Below the pieces are notes generated by a model. That model made no database searches and was not told where the DNA came from. It saw nothing but the letters and a program-made list of their open reading frames with translations. A stretch of 24,000 nucleotides of DNA from an uncultured Peptoniphilus sp. (lineage in GTDB: Bacteria > Bacillota > Clostridia > Tissierellales > Peptoniphilaceae), in the NCBI GenBank assembly GCA_943913915.1, contig CALUAA010000004.1, forward strand, positions 42,543-66,542, in the 5' to 3' direction. Positions 14,683 through 23,134 of this stretch are shown here, one piece after another (position 1 is the stretch's first letter; every line of letters begins with the position of its first letter). A program made the translations under genes and the position numbers.

Positions 14683-15222
14683 GTGGTAGTAGAAAATAAA
14701 GATCAGGAAACGATCGACGAACAAGAACATATGACATTAGACGAAGAGACGACCGAGGAGACAGAAGTCGACGAAGAAGAGGTCGTAGAAAACGAAGACG
14801 AAAAGAAGTACCAGGAACTGGAAGACCGGTATCTTCGCCTGCAAGCAGATTACAGTAACTTCCGCAGACGAAGCACGGAGGAAAAATCAAGAATGCACGC
14901 CATGGGCATGGAAAAATTAGCTCTGGATATTCTTCCCGTTCTCGATAATTTCGAGCGAGCCCTTATGGTAGACGATGTAGAAGATGAGAATTTTTATAAG
15001 GGCATGGAAATGATCGCCGATCAGTTCCGTAGCGAACTTGCTAAAAACGACATCGTTGAAATCGACGCCTTAAATCAAGCTTTCGATCCCAATTTACACC
15101 ACGCGGTGGTGATGGAAGAAAAAGAAGGGGTCGAGGAAAACACCGTCATTGACGTGTTGCAAAAAGGCTATCGACTCGGTGAACGCGTTATTCGACCCAG
15201 CATGGTCAAAGTCTCAAAGTAA
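14683..15222 (+). CDS. grpE: Nucleotide exchange factor GrpE (179 aa), GTG start
   Basis: An acidic N-terminus, then YLRLQADYSNFRRR, LPVLDNFERA and a C-terminal beta domain (GYRLGERVIRPSMVKV). GAGGTG RBS at 14673-14678. Confidence 0.93.
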   Translation: MVVENKDQETIDEQEHMTLDEETTEETEVDEEEVVENEDEKKYQELEDRYLRLQADYSNFRRRSTEEKSRMHAMGMEKLALDILPVLDNFERALMVDDVEDENFYKGMEMIADQFRSELAKNDIVEIDALNQAFDPNLHHAVVMEEKEGVEENTVIDVLQKGYRLGERVIRPSMVKVSK

Positions 15223-15273
15223 TTAATATAGATTAAAAGTAAGAAAATAAAGTTTAAATCAGGAGGATTTAAT

Positions 15274-17106
15274 ATGGCTAAAATTATTGGTATTGACTTA
15301 GGTACAACAAACTCGGCAGTAGCCGTTATGGAAGGTGGACAATCCACTATTATTCCGAACATTGAAGGTAACAGAACCACACCGTCCATTGTAGCTTTCA
15401 CAAAAGACGGCGAAAGACTTGTAGGTGAAACGGCAAAACGTCAAGCCATCACCAATCCGGAGAGAACTATCGCATCCATTAAACGCCACATGGGCAGCGA
15501 TCACAAGGTAACCATCGACGGTAAGGATTACTCTCCCCAAGAAATTTCCGCAATGATTCTTCAAAAATTGAAATCCGACGCGGAAAGCTATTTAGGTGAA
15601 ACCATCACCGAAGCGGTCATCACCGTTCCCGCATATTTTACAGACGCTCAACGTCAAGCGACAAAAGACGCAGGACGTATTGCAGGCCTTGATGTAAAAC
15701 GTATCGTCAACGAACCGACAGCAGCGGCTCTGGCATATGGTGAAGACGAAGATAAAGAATCCAGCACCGTTATGATCTATGACTTAGGCGGCGGTACCTT
15801 CGACGTATCCATCTTGGAACTCTCCGACGGTGTATTCGAAGTACAAGCTACTCGCGGTAACAACAAATTAGGTGGCGACGACTTCGACGAACGTATCATC
15901 GACTGGATCGCTGAAAACTTCAAGAAGGAAAACGGCGTCGACTTAAAGGCCGACCGCATGAGCTTACAACGCTTAAAGGAAGCGGCGGAAAAAGCGAAGA
16001 AGGAACTTTCCTCTACGATGAGCACCAACATCAACCTTCCCTTTATTACCGCCAACGCCAGTGGTCCCTTACACTTGAACATGGATCTTACTCGTGCAAA
16101 ATTCGACGAATTGACAGGCGACCTCGTTAAGAAGACCGAAGAACCGGTAAGAGCTGCCTTAAAAGACGCCGATCTCTCTGCATCGGATATTGACAAAGTT
16201 CTCCTTGTCGGTGGTTCCACTCGTGTACCGGCTGTTCAAGACTTGGTTAAATCCATTGTCGGGAAAGATCCCCAAAAAGACATTAACCCGGACGAATGTG
16301 TTGCTTTAGGTGCGGCTATTCAAGCAGGTGTTTTAAGCGGCGATGTTAAAGACCTGTTACTTCTAGACGTTACACCCCTCTCCTTAGGTATTGAAACCAT
16401 GGGCGGCGTAACCACTCGCCTAATCGAACGTAACACGACGATCCCCACGAAGAAGAGCCAAACCTTTACGACGGCAGCCGACAATCAAACCAGCGTCGAC
16501 ATTCACGTCTTACAAGGTGAACGTCAAATGGCAAATGATAACGTCACACTCGGTCGTTTCCAATTAGACGGCATTGCACCGGCTCGCCGCGGCGTACCTC
16601 AAATCGAAGTTACCTTCGACATCGACGCTAACGGTATCGTCAATGTATCGGCTAAGGACATGGGTACGGGTAAAGAACAACACATCACCATCACGTCCTC
16701 TTCCAACCTGACAGAAGACGAAATCGATCAAAAGGTTCGTGAAGCGGAAGCACACGCAGATGAAGACAAAAAGAAAAAAGAAGCCATCGAAATCAAAAAC
16801 AACGCAGACTCTGTAATTTACGCATCTGAAAATGCGCTGAAAGATGTGGACGGCAAGATTTCCGAAGACGACAAGAAAAAAGTTGAAGATGCCATCGAAG
16901 ACTTGAAGAGTGTAAAAGATACAGATGATCTTGAAGCTATCAAATCCAAGACTGAAGCACTTCAAACCGCTTTCCAATCGGTTTCGGAAGAATTATATAA
17001 ACAAGCTCAAGCGGAAGCCGGCGCAGCTGATGCAGGAGCGGCTCAAGATGACGACGTCGTCGATGCCGATTACGAAGTAGTCGACGAAGACGAAGACGAC
17101 AAATAA
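15274..17106 (+). CDS. dnaK: Molecular chaperone DnaK (Hsp70), 610 aa
   Basis: [33 protein letters not shown] and an acidic C-terminal tail. AGGAGG RBS. Confidence 0.99.
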   Translation: MAKIIGIDLGTTNSAVAVMEGGQSTIIPNIEGNRTTPSIVAFTKDGERLVGETAKRQAITNPERTIASIKRHMGSDHKVTIDGKDYSPQEISAMILQKLKSDAESYLGETITEAVITVPAYFTDAQRQATKDAGRIAGLDVKRIVNEPTAAALAYGEDEDKESSTVMIYDLGGGTFDVSILELSDGVFEVQATRGNNKLGGDDFDERIIDWIAENFKKENGVDLKADRMSLQRLKEAAEKAKKELSSTMSTNINLPFITANASGPLHLNMDLTRAKFDELTGDLVKKTEEPVRAALKDADLSASDIDKVLLVGGSTRVPAVQDLVKSIVGKDPQKDINPDECVALGAAIQAGVLSGDVKDLLLLDVTPLSLGIETMGGVTTRLIERNTTIPTKKSQTFTTAADNQTSVDIHVLQGERQMANDNVTLGRFQLDGIAPARRGVPQIEVTFDIDANGIVNVSAKDMGTGKEQHITITSSSNLTEDEIDQKVREAEAHADEDKKKKEAIEIKNNADSVIYASENALKDVDGKISEDDKKKVEDAIEDLKSVKDTDDLEAIKSKTEALQTAFQSVSEELYKQAQAEAGAADAGAAQDDDVVDADYEVVDEDEDDK

Positions 17107-17123
17107 AACAAACAAACTAATAA

Positions 17124-17147
17124 GGGGCACGAAAGTGCCCTTTTTTA
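17124..17147 (+). terminator. Rho-independent terminator after dnaK
   Basis: GGGCAC (17125-17130), GAAA loop, GTGCCC (17135-17140), then T6 (17141-17146). Confidence 0.8.
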
Positions 17148-17220
17148 GTTTATATCTTCCCTAGCAGACGTTTTTAGGGTATGATAACACTATTTGAGCG
17201 ATTAGAAAGTGATGGTGTTT

Positions 17221-18351
17221 ATGAAAGACTTATACGAGATTCTGGAGGTTGAGCGCACAGCTTCATCTTCTGAAATAAAAAAAGCATATCGTAAAAAAGC
17301 TAAGCAGTACCACCCGGACCTGCATCCCGGAGATGAAGAGGCGGAGACGAAATTTAAAGAGGTCAATTTCGCCTACGAGGTACTATCCGACGAGACGAAA
17401 AAAACAACCTACGACATGTACGGGGAAGAGGGACTGAAAAACGACTTCGGCGCATCCGGCGGAGGGGACTTCGGCGGTTTCGGCGATATTTTCGGCGATA
17501 TCTTCGACATGTTCGGCGGCGGCTTCGGCGCGAATTTTTCAGGCGGCAACACGGCAAAAGCACCTCGGGACGGCGCCCATATTCGGTATGATCTAAACCT
17601 TACCTTTAAAGAGGCCGTATTCGGCACGGAAAAAGATATTCAAATTCGCCGTACCGAAGAGTGTTCCCGCTGCCACGGAAGCGGCGCGGAAGACGATGAG
17701 AGCATCCACACCTGTGAAACCTGCGGCGGAAGCGGACAGGTACGCCAAGCTACCTCCTCGGCTTTCGGGCGCTTTATGCGCGTCGTACCTTGCGACGACT
17801 GCGGCGGCACAGGGACTGTCATCGAAAAGCCCTGTAAGCATTGCCACGGAAGCGGACGGGAGACGATCAACAGAAAGCTTCATATCCGTATTCCCGCCGG
17901 AGTGGACAGCCGGAGCGTTATCACTATGTCCGGAGAAGGCCACGCCGGAGAAAACGGCGGACAACCGGGCACAGTGTATATCTATCTTCACATCGAAGAG
18001 GATGCTGTGTTCAGCCGTGAGGGTAATGATCTCCATGTGGATATTCCCATTCGCTATGAAGATGCCGTCTTAGGCGGCACAATTAAAGTGCCCACACTCA
18101 ACGAAATAATTGATTATGATATTCCCGCCGGTACGCAAAGCGGCGAAACCTTTAAAATCAAAGGAGAAGGCGTCCCCTTCCTAAGACGAAAAGGAGCGGG
18201 AGATTTACTCTTTACTGTTAAGATTCTCGTGCCGACGGAAGTTTCCGATGAAGAGCGGGAGCTTCTCGAGGAACTCCGCAATCAAAAGGGCGAAACCAAG
18301 ACCGAACAGGAAAAGGGATTTATACAAAAAATAAAGGACTTTTTTGACTAA
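17221..18351 (+). CDS. dnaJ: Molecular chaperone DnaJ (376 aa)
   Basis: J domain (DLYEILEV..., [14 protein letters not shown]), a G/F-rich linker, and four CxxCxGxG zinc-finger repeats ([32 protein letters not shown]). The start is set at ATG 17221 (MKDLYEIL), and the upstream in-frame GTG 17209 and ATG 17212 are less likely. Confidence 0.95.
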   Translation: MKDLYEILEVERTASSSEIKKAYRKKAKQYHPDLHPGDEEAETKFKEVNFAYEVLSDETKKTTYDMYGEEGLKNDFGASGGGDFGGFGDIFGDIFDMFGGGFGANFSGGNTAKAPRDGAHIRYDLNLTFKEAVFGTEKDIQIRRTEECSRCHGSGAEDDESIHTCETCGGSGQVRQATSSAFGRFMRVVPCDDCGGTGTVIEKPCKHCHGSGRETINRKLHIRIPAGVDSRSVITMSGEGHAGENGGQPGTVYIYLHIEEDAVFSREGNDLHVDIPIRYEDAVLGGTIKVPTLNEIIDYDIPAGTQSGETFKIKGEGVPFLRRKGAGDLLFTVKILVPTEVSDEERELLEELRNQKGETKTEQEKGFIQKIKDFFD

Positions 18352-19262
18352 TGCAATACAAAATGCTCACGATTATAGGCGATCATCGTCGCCAAGAAGA
18401 AGGAGAACTTTTCCTACAGGAACATGGCGTCGACAGTTACGAGGTAATCTCAGGAGATGCCGTCGATAATTTAAAAGAGGGCGGCTTTATTTGGGACGCC
18501 ATCGACGAGGATTTGCTGGAAGTAGATGCAGATCGCTTTGAGCTTAAAGCCTACTTCGATGCGTCTCAAGAAAAAGAAAGGCACGCCATCAAAAAAGAGG
18601 CTCAGGATAAGGGTTTTGAGGTGGAAGAGAGGGATGTGCCCGATCAGGACTGGGCCAATGATTGGAAATCCTATTTCCATCCCATTTCCATCGACGAGGG
18701 TCTTACCATCGTGCCTTCCTGGGAAGATTACGAGCCTAAAGAAGGGGAAGAAATTATTATTCTAGATCCCGGTATGGCCTTTGGCAGCGGCAATCATGCC
18801 ACGAGCTTTCTCTGCTCCCGCTATTTAAGAGAGTATATGAAACAGGGAGACACTGTAATCGACATCGGATGCGGCAGCGGTATCCTTTCTCTAGTGGCCG
18901 TAAAAAGCGGTGCGGAAAAAGTGATCGCCGTGGATCTGGATCCTCAGTGTATGATCGCCACGGAAGAAAACGCCCAAAAAAACAATATGCTTGATTCTAT
19001 CGATACTCGGGAAGGAGATCTTTTCAGCGTGGTGACGGAATCTGCCGATGTGGTGGTAAGCAATATCTTTGCCGAAGTGATTATCGGCATGCTCCACGAT
19101 GTGAAGCATCATGTGAAGCCGGGGGGAATATATATCGCATCGGGGATTTTGAAAGAAAAACTGCAGGATGTAATGGATGCTCTTGAAAGAGAAGGCTTCG
19201 AACTTCTCGACGATAAGACCGACGGCGACTGGTCGGCGGTGGCAGCGAGGCGATTAGATTGA
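18351..19262 (+). CDS. prmA: Ribosomal protein L11 methyltransferase PrmA (303 aa)
   Basis: DPGMAFGSGNHATSFLC and the SAM-binding DIGCGSGILS motif. The ATG shares one base with the dnaJ stop (TAATG). The position matches B. subtilis yqeT. Confidence 0.92.
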   Translation: MQYKMLTIIGDHRRQEEGELFLQEHGVDSYEVISGDAVDNLKEGGFIWDAIDEDLLEVDADRFELKAYFDASQEKERHAIKKEAQDKGFEVEERDVPDQDWANDWKSYFHPISIDEGLTIVPSWEDYEPKEGEEIIILDPGMAFGSGNHATSFLCSRYLREYMKQGDTVIDIGCGSGILSLVAVKSGAEKVIAVDLDPQCMIATEENAQKNNMLDSIDTREGDLFSVVTESADVVVSNIFAEVIIGMLHDVKHHVKPGGIYIASGILKEKLQDVMDALEREGFELLDDKTDGDWSAVAARRLD

Positions 19263-19981
19263 GGCAATTTTTTGTAGAGGAAAAACCCGTTATCGGACAA
19301 TATTCGAGACTGGATAAAGAGGACAGTTTCCACCTTCTCCGCGTGCTCCGAAAAGAAGAAGGGGCGGAGATTCTTCTCGCCTATGAAGGTATGCAGTTTT
19401 TAGGTAAACTTCACACTATCGAAGGTGAGGCCTTCGTCATGGTGGAGAAACAGCTCCGGGAAAAAGAGAATCGAGGCCGTCTCGTTCTTTGCCAAGGTGT
19501 GGGGAAGAGCCAGAAGACGGAGCTTGTTTTAAAACACGCTACTGAATGCGGTATCGACGGCTTCATTCCCATTCAAACCGATCGTTCCGTCTCCAATCTT
19601 TCGAAGAAATACGAAGGCAAGCGGAAGCGATTTGAAAAGATTGCAGAAGAGGCGGCTAAACAATCCAATCGTCGGCTTATTCCTGAAATTGGCGATCTCT
19701 GGACGGTAGATGATCTAGTGGAAAATCTGGGAGAAGAGGACGTCCTTGTCGTCTGTTACGAAGATGAAGAGGAGCGGGACATAATGGATCTTTCCTTTTC
19801 AGGAGAGGGAACGGTCTATCTCTTGATCGGTGCGGAAGGAGGATTGGCTCCGAGAGAAATAGAACTTCTCGAGGATAAGGGAATTTTCGTCACTATGGGA
19901 GATTCGATTTTACGAACCGAGACGGCGGGCATCGTTGCCTCCTATGTTTTGCGCCGTTTAATGGAAAGGGGAAGAGATTGA
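19259..19981 (+). CDS. rsmE: 16S rRNA (uracil1498-N3)-methyltransferase RsmE (240 aa), TTG start
   Basis: MRQFFVEE start, and LLIGAEGGLAPREIELL with ILRTETAG near the C-terminus (SPOUT/RsmE pattern). The TTG overlaps the prmA TGA (TTGA). Confidence 0.9.
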   Translation: MRQFFVEEKPVIGQYSRLDKEDSFHLLRVLRKEEGAEILLAYEGMQFLGKLHTIEGEAFVMVEKQLREKENRGRLVLCQGVGKSQKTELVLKHATECGIDGFIPIQTDRSVSNLSKKYEGKRKRFEKIAEEAAKQSNRRLIPEIGDLWTVDDLVENLGEEDVLVVCYEDEEERDIMDLSFSGEGTVYLLIGAEGGLAPREIELLEDKGIFVTMGDSILRTETAGIVASYVLRRLMERGRD

Positions 19982-21300
19982 GACGCTTTAAAATTTATAC
20001 GCTGGGTTGCAAAGTGAATCAATACGAAACCGAAGCCGTGGAAGAAATGCTCGAAGGGGAGGGATATATTCTCGACACGGAAGAGGATGCCGATGTGGTG
20101 CTTATTAACACCTGCACCGTAACCAACGAAAGCGATCGAAAGAGTCGGCAAATTATTCGTCGCCACAAGCGCAAAAATCCTCACTGTAAAGTGGTGGTCT
20201 TCGGTTGCTACGCTCAGGTTTCTGAAGAGGAAGTGGCGGAAATCGAAGGCGTGGACTTAGTTCTCGGCACGAAAAATCGCGGAGAACTGCCCCGCCATTT
20301 AGAGGAATTATTTAAAGGTGCGGATCAGATCGTCGATGTGGAAAAACACGCCCAGGGAGATCCCTTTGAAGACCTCGCCATAAAGGAAGTGGAGGGTCGC
20401 ACGAGAGCCTATATGAAAGTGCAGGACGGCTGCAATCAATACTGCTCTTATTGCATCATCCCTTACGCACGGGGCTTTATTCGCTCAAGAGACATAGAGG
20501 ACGCCGTCAAAGAGGCGGAACGCCTCGGGAAGAACGGCTTTCGGGAAGTGGTGCTTACGGGAATCCACATCGGAAGTTACGGAAAAGATTTGGAAGAAGA
20601 TCTTTCCCTTGTGGATTTAATCGAAGCAATCGATGAGGTGGAGGGAATTGATCGCATCCGCCTCTCTTCTGTTGAGCCCATGACCATAACTGACGAGTTT
20701 TTAAAACGGGTAAAAGAGTTGAAAAGTTTTATGCCCCACTTCCATTTATCCCTTCAAAGCGGCGCCGGCCAAACGCTTAAGGATATGAACCGCAATTACA
20801 CCCCCGATGAATACCGGGAGACCGTCAAGCGTATTCGTAAGTATTATCCCGATGCTGGGATCACCACCGATGTGATCGTAGGCTTTCCCGGGGAAAGTGA
20901 TGAGGATTTTAAGGAAAGCTATGAGTTTGTAAAAGAAATGGCCTTCAGCGATCTCCACGTCTTCCCCTACAGCCGTAGAAAAAATACGCCGGCGGCCAAG
21001 CGGAAGGATCAAATTCACGGGGATGTTAAAAAAAAGCGCGCCCGGGAGATGATCGAACTTGGAAGAGAAATGCACCGGAAGTTTATTGAAAAACTTGCAG
21101 GTGAAAGCTATCCCGTGCTGTTTGAAGAAGAAAAAGACGATCTCTACTTCGGCTATACGCCAAATTATTTGCGTGTCGCCGTGAATAGCGATAAAAATCT
21201 TCAGAACCATCTTGAATATGTTACAATTGAGGGAGAAGATGACGGCCAATTAATGGGTCGCATCGGAAAGGAGAATGAGCATGGATTGTCTGTTTTGTAA
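19978..21300 (+). CDS. mtaB: tRNA methylthiotransferase MtaB (MiaB-like radical SAM), 440 aa, TTG start
   Basis: UPF0004 N-domain (KIYTLGCKVNQYE, INTCTVT, FGCYAQ), radical SAM CNQYCSYC, and a C-terminal TRAM-like region. The TTG overlaps the rsmE TGA (TTGA). The position matches B. subtilis yqeV. Confidence 0.9.
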   Translation: MRRFKIYTLGCKVNQYETEAVEEMLEGEGYILDTEEDADVVLINTCTVTNESDRKSRQIIRRHKRKNPHCKVVVFGCYAQVSEEEVAEIEGVDLVLGTKNRGELPRHLEELFKGADQIVDVEKHAQGDPFEDLAIKEVEGRTRAYMKVQDGCNQYCSYCIIPYARGFIRSRDIEDAVKEAERLGKNGFREVVLTGIHIGSYGKDLEEDLSLVDLIEAIDEVEGIDRIRLSSVEPMTITDEFLKRVKELKSFMPHFHLSLQSGAGQTLKDMNRNYTPDEYRETVKRIRKYYPDAGITTDVIVGFPGESDEDFKESYEFVKEMAFSDLHVFPYSRRKNTPAAKRKDQIHGDVKKKRAREMIELGREMHRKFIEKLAGESYPVLFEEEKDDLYFGYTPNYLRVAVNSDKNLQNHLEYVTIEGEDDGQLMGRIGKENEHGLSVL

Positions 21301-21619
21301 AATTATTGCCGGCGAGATTCCATCGGATTGTCTCTACGAAGACGATAAGATCTTCGTCTTTCGTGACATCGAGCCTCAAGCACCCACTCATTTTTTGGTG
21401 ATTCCCAAAAAACATATCGATTCCCTCGATACCCTGGAAGATGAAGACAGCGAACTGATCGGTTACATCTTCATGAAGATTCGCGATTTGGCGAAAAAGG
21501 AAAATCTGTCCGCCGGTTATCGAGTCATCAACAATATCGGCGAGGACGGCGGTCAGTCGGTAAAACACATGCACTTCCACGTATTAGGCGGCAGAAGTCT
21601 ACAATGGCCTCCGGGTTAA
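21281..21619 (+). CDS. HIT-family (histidine triad) nucleotide hydrolase, 112 aa
   Basis: MDCLFCKIIAGEIP N-terminus and the histidine triad HMHFHVLGG. ATG 21281 sits 6 nt after AGGAGA (21269-21274). The track start ATG 21275 abuts the SD directly and is less likely. Either start lies inside the 3' end of mtaB. Confidence 0.88.
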   Translation: MDCLFCKIIAGEIPSDCLYEDDKIFVFRDIEPQAPTHFLVIPKKHIDSLDTLEDEDSELIGYIFMKIRDLAKKENLSAGYRVINNIGEDGGQSVKHMHFHVLGGRSLQWPPG

Positions 21620-21641
21620 ATTATTAATACGACAGCTTTTG

Positions 21642-21670
21642 TTGAATTCAACTCCCTAAACGTGTATAAT
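21642..21670 (+). promoter_or_regulatory. Sigma-A promoter of rpsU-yqeY
   Basis: TTGAAT (21642-21647), 17 nt spacer, TATAAT (21665-21670), about 60 nt upstream of the rpsU ATG. Confidence 0.6.
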
Positions 21671-21728
21671 AGTTAAGAATTTAGTCGAAAAGACTAATCA
21701 CTCTTTTCTAAAGAGGGGAGGGAAAATC

Positions 21729-21908
21729 ATGTCGGAAATCCGCGTTGGAGAAAACGAGTCTTTAGAATCTGCATTAAAACGATTCAAGAGACAATGTGCT
21801 TCCAGTGGTGTTTTAAAGGAAGTTCGCAAGCGCGAACATTATGAAAAACCCAGTGTAAAGCGTAAGAAAAAATCTGAGGAAGCACGCAGAAAAAAACGTA
21901 AATACTAA
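21729..21908 (+). CDS. rpsU: 30S ribosomal protein S21 (59 aa), absent from the supplied ORF track
   Basis: Direct translation gives [59 protein letters not shown] followed by TAA. This is a typical S21 sequence ([15 protein letters not shown]). GGGGAGGG RBS at 21716-21723. The antisense 71-aa track ORF 21813..22028 is a shadow of it. Confidence 0.93.
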   Translation: MSEIRVGENESLESALKRFKRQCASSGVLKEVRKREHYEKPSVKRKKKSEEARRKKRKY

Positions 21909-21927
21909 TCGTTGAGAAGGTGTTGTT

Positions 21928-22371
21928 TTGTCTTTAAAAGAAACCTTAATGCAGGATCTTAAAACTGCAATGAAAAATAAGGATAAGAGAACGAAAGATA
22001 CCATTACCATGGTACGCGCCGCCATCAAACAGAAGGAAGTCGACGATCATGTCGAATTAAATGATGACGATGTCATCCAAATTATAGCTAAAGAAATTAA
22101 AGAACGACGCGGAAGCATCGAAGAATTTCAAAAAGCGGGACGAGATGACCTTATCGATTCCACGAAGGCGGAAATTGATGTTCTTTTAAACTATATGCCT
22201 GAACAATTGTCGGAAGAAGAACTCGAAGCGATGATTCGTAAGGTAATGGAAGAAAACAACATTACCGAGAAGAAACAAATGGGTCTTCTGATGAAAAGCA
22301 TTATGCCGAAGGTTCAAGGACGTGCCGACGGTAAAGCAGTTAATGCAATTGTAAATCGCATTCTAAATTAA
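21928..22371 (+). CDS. yqeY: GatB/YqeY domain protein (147 aa), TTG start
   Basis: MSLKETLMQDLKTAMKNKDK... matches the YqeY family N-terminus. Its position directly after rpsU matches B. subtilis. Confidence 0.88.
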   Translation: MSLKETLMQDLKTAMKNKDKRTKDTITMVRAAIKQKEVDDHVELNDDDVIQIIAKEIKERRGSIEEFQKAGRDDLIDSTKAEIDVLLNYMPEQLSEEELEAMIRKVMEENNITEKKQMGLLMKSIMPKVQGRADGKAVNAIVNRILN

Positions 22372-22373
22372 GT

Positions 22374-22400
22374 TAACCCGGGGAATTGTTCTCCGGGTTA
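22374..22400 (+). terminator. Hairpin after yqeY (possible weak terminator)
   Basis: TAACCCGG (22374-22381) pairs with CCGGGTTA (22393-22400), a perfect 8-bp stem that can extend by two pairs. The tail is only CTTTCGATT, so it has no strong T-tract. Confidence 0.35.
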
Positions 22401-22452
22401 CTTTCGATTATAGGGTATTTTGACGGGTATAAATCCATTAGGAGGAATGGAT

Positions 22453-23133
22453 ATGAATGTGCCTTTTAAAATAACGGACCGGTTTTTAATAAATGCCTTG
22501 GGCGAAAAAATACCTGTTCATATGATCGCGGGAATAAATTTTATAAGGTCGGCACTTGTTATCATAGCTTTAGCCGCCCTTGTAAATGCTCTCTTCTCAA
22601 GAAGCGGATCTAAAAGTTGGATTTTAGGTTTAGGCGCCATGTGCCTGTATTTCGTTTTGGGCATCGGAGCGGGGATTACATCGTCTATTACCTTTCTGCT
22701 CTTTTTAATCGGCGGAGCCCTTCTTTTTCTCGAGCTTATCCTCCCGGGCTTCGGTGTAGCAGGGATCAGCGGCATTATTCTGTTCCTTATCTCCATCGCT
22801 CTTTCCATGGGAGGAGGCGCACAGGCGGTAGTTACTTTTCTCGTAGCAGCCGTTATCGTCGCCCTGATGGTTAAAAACTTTGTTCAAAGAGGCGATGAGA
22901 TTACACTACTTAAGCCCTTCATCTCCCATGAAGTGGCTCATCCTCAAAAAATGCTCGATCTCGGACTCGGAGAAAAAGGCGTCGCCGTAACGACCCTTAG
23001 GCCCACGGGCATCGGCGAGTTTAACGGAAAAAAACTTACGGTACAATCGGAAGGCTCTTTTATTGAAAAGGGCAGCGATGTAGTTATCGTAGCTATTCGC
23101 GGAAAGTCTGTTTATGTAAAGGAGGATTCATAA
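22453..23133 (+). CDS. nfeD: NfeD-family membrane protein, short form (about 226 aa; TM bundle plus C-terminal OB-fold, no protease domain)
   Basis: Four or five hydrophobic helices are followed by [49 protein letters not shown], the NfeD C-terminal OB-fold pattern. It lies immediately upstream of floA. ATG 22453 is 7 nt after AGGAGG (22440-22445). The in-frame ATG 22447 and the track start 22420 are less likely. Confidence 0.85.
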   Translation: MNVPFKITDRFLINALGEKIPVHMIAGINFIRSALVIIALAALVNALFSRSGSKSWILGLGAMCLYFVLGIGAGITSSITFLLFLIGGALLFLELILPGFGVAGISGIILFLISIALSMGGGAQAVVTFLVAAVIVALMVKNFVQRGDEITLLKPFISHEVAHPQKMLDLGLGEKGVAVTTLRPTGIGEFNGKKLTVQSEGSFIEKGSDVVIVAIRGKSVYVKEDS

Positions 23134-23134
23134 G

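Noticed and set aside
17441-17530. Short tandem DNA repeats (TTCGGCGATAT x2, repeated TTCGGCG units)
   Set aside because: They encode the DnaJ glycine/phenylalanine-rich linker ([19 protein letters not shown]). This is a coding low-complexity region and not a repeat element.
20746-21580. Two minus-strand ORFs (167 aa at 20746..21249 and 119 aa at 21221..21580) opposite mtaB and the HIT gene
   Set aside because: The plus-strand genes carry unambiguous radical SAM and histidine-triad motifs. The antisense translations are low-complexity with no start context.
22420-22452. Track start of nfeD at 22420 and the ATG at 22447
   Set aside because: The AGGAGG at 22440-22445 would be inside the coding region or only 1 nt from the start. 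ATG 22453 has proper 7-nt spacing.
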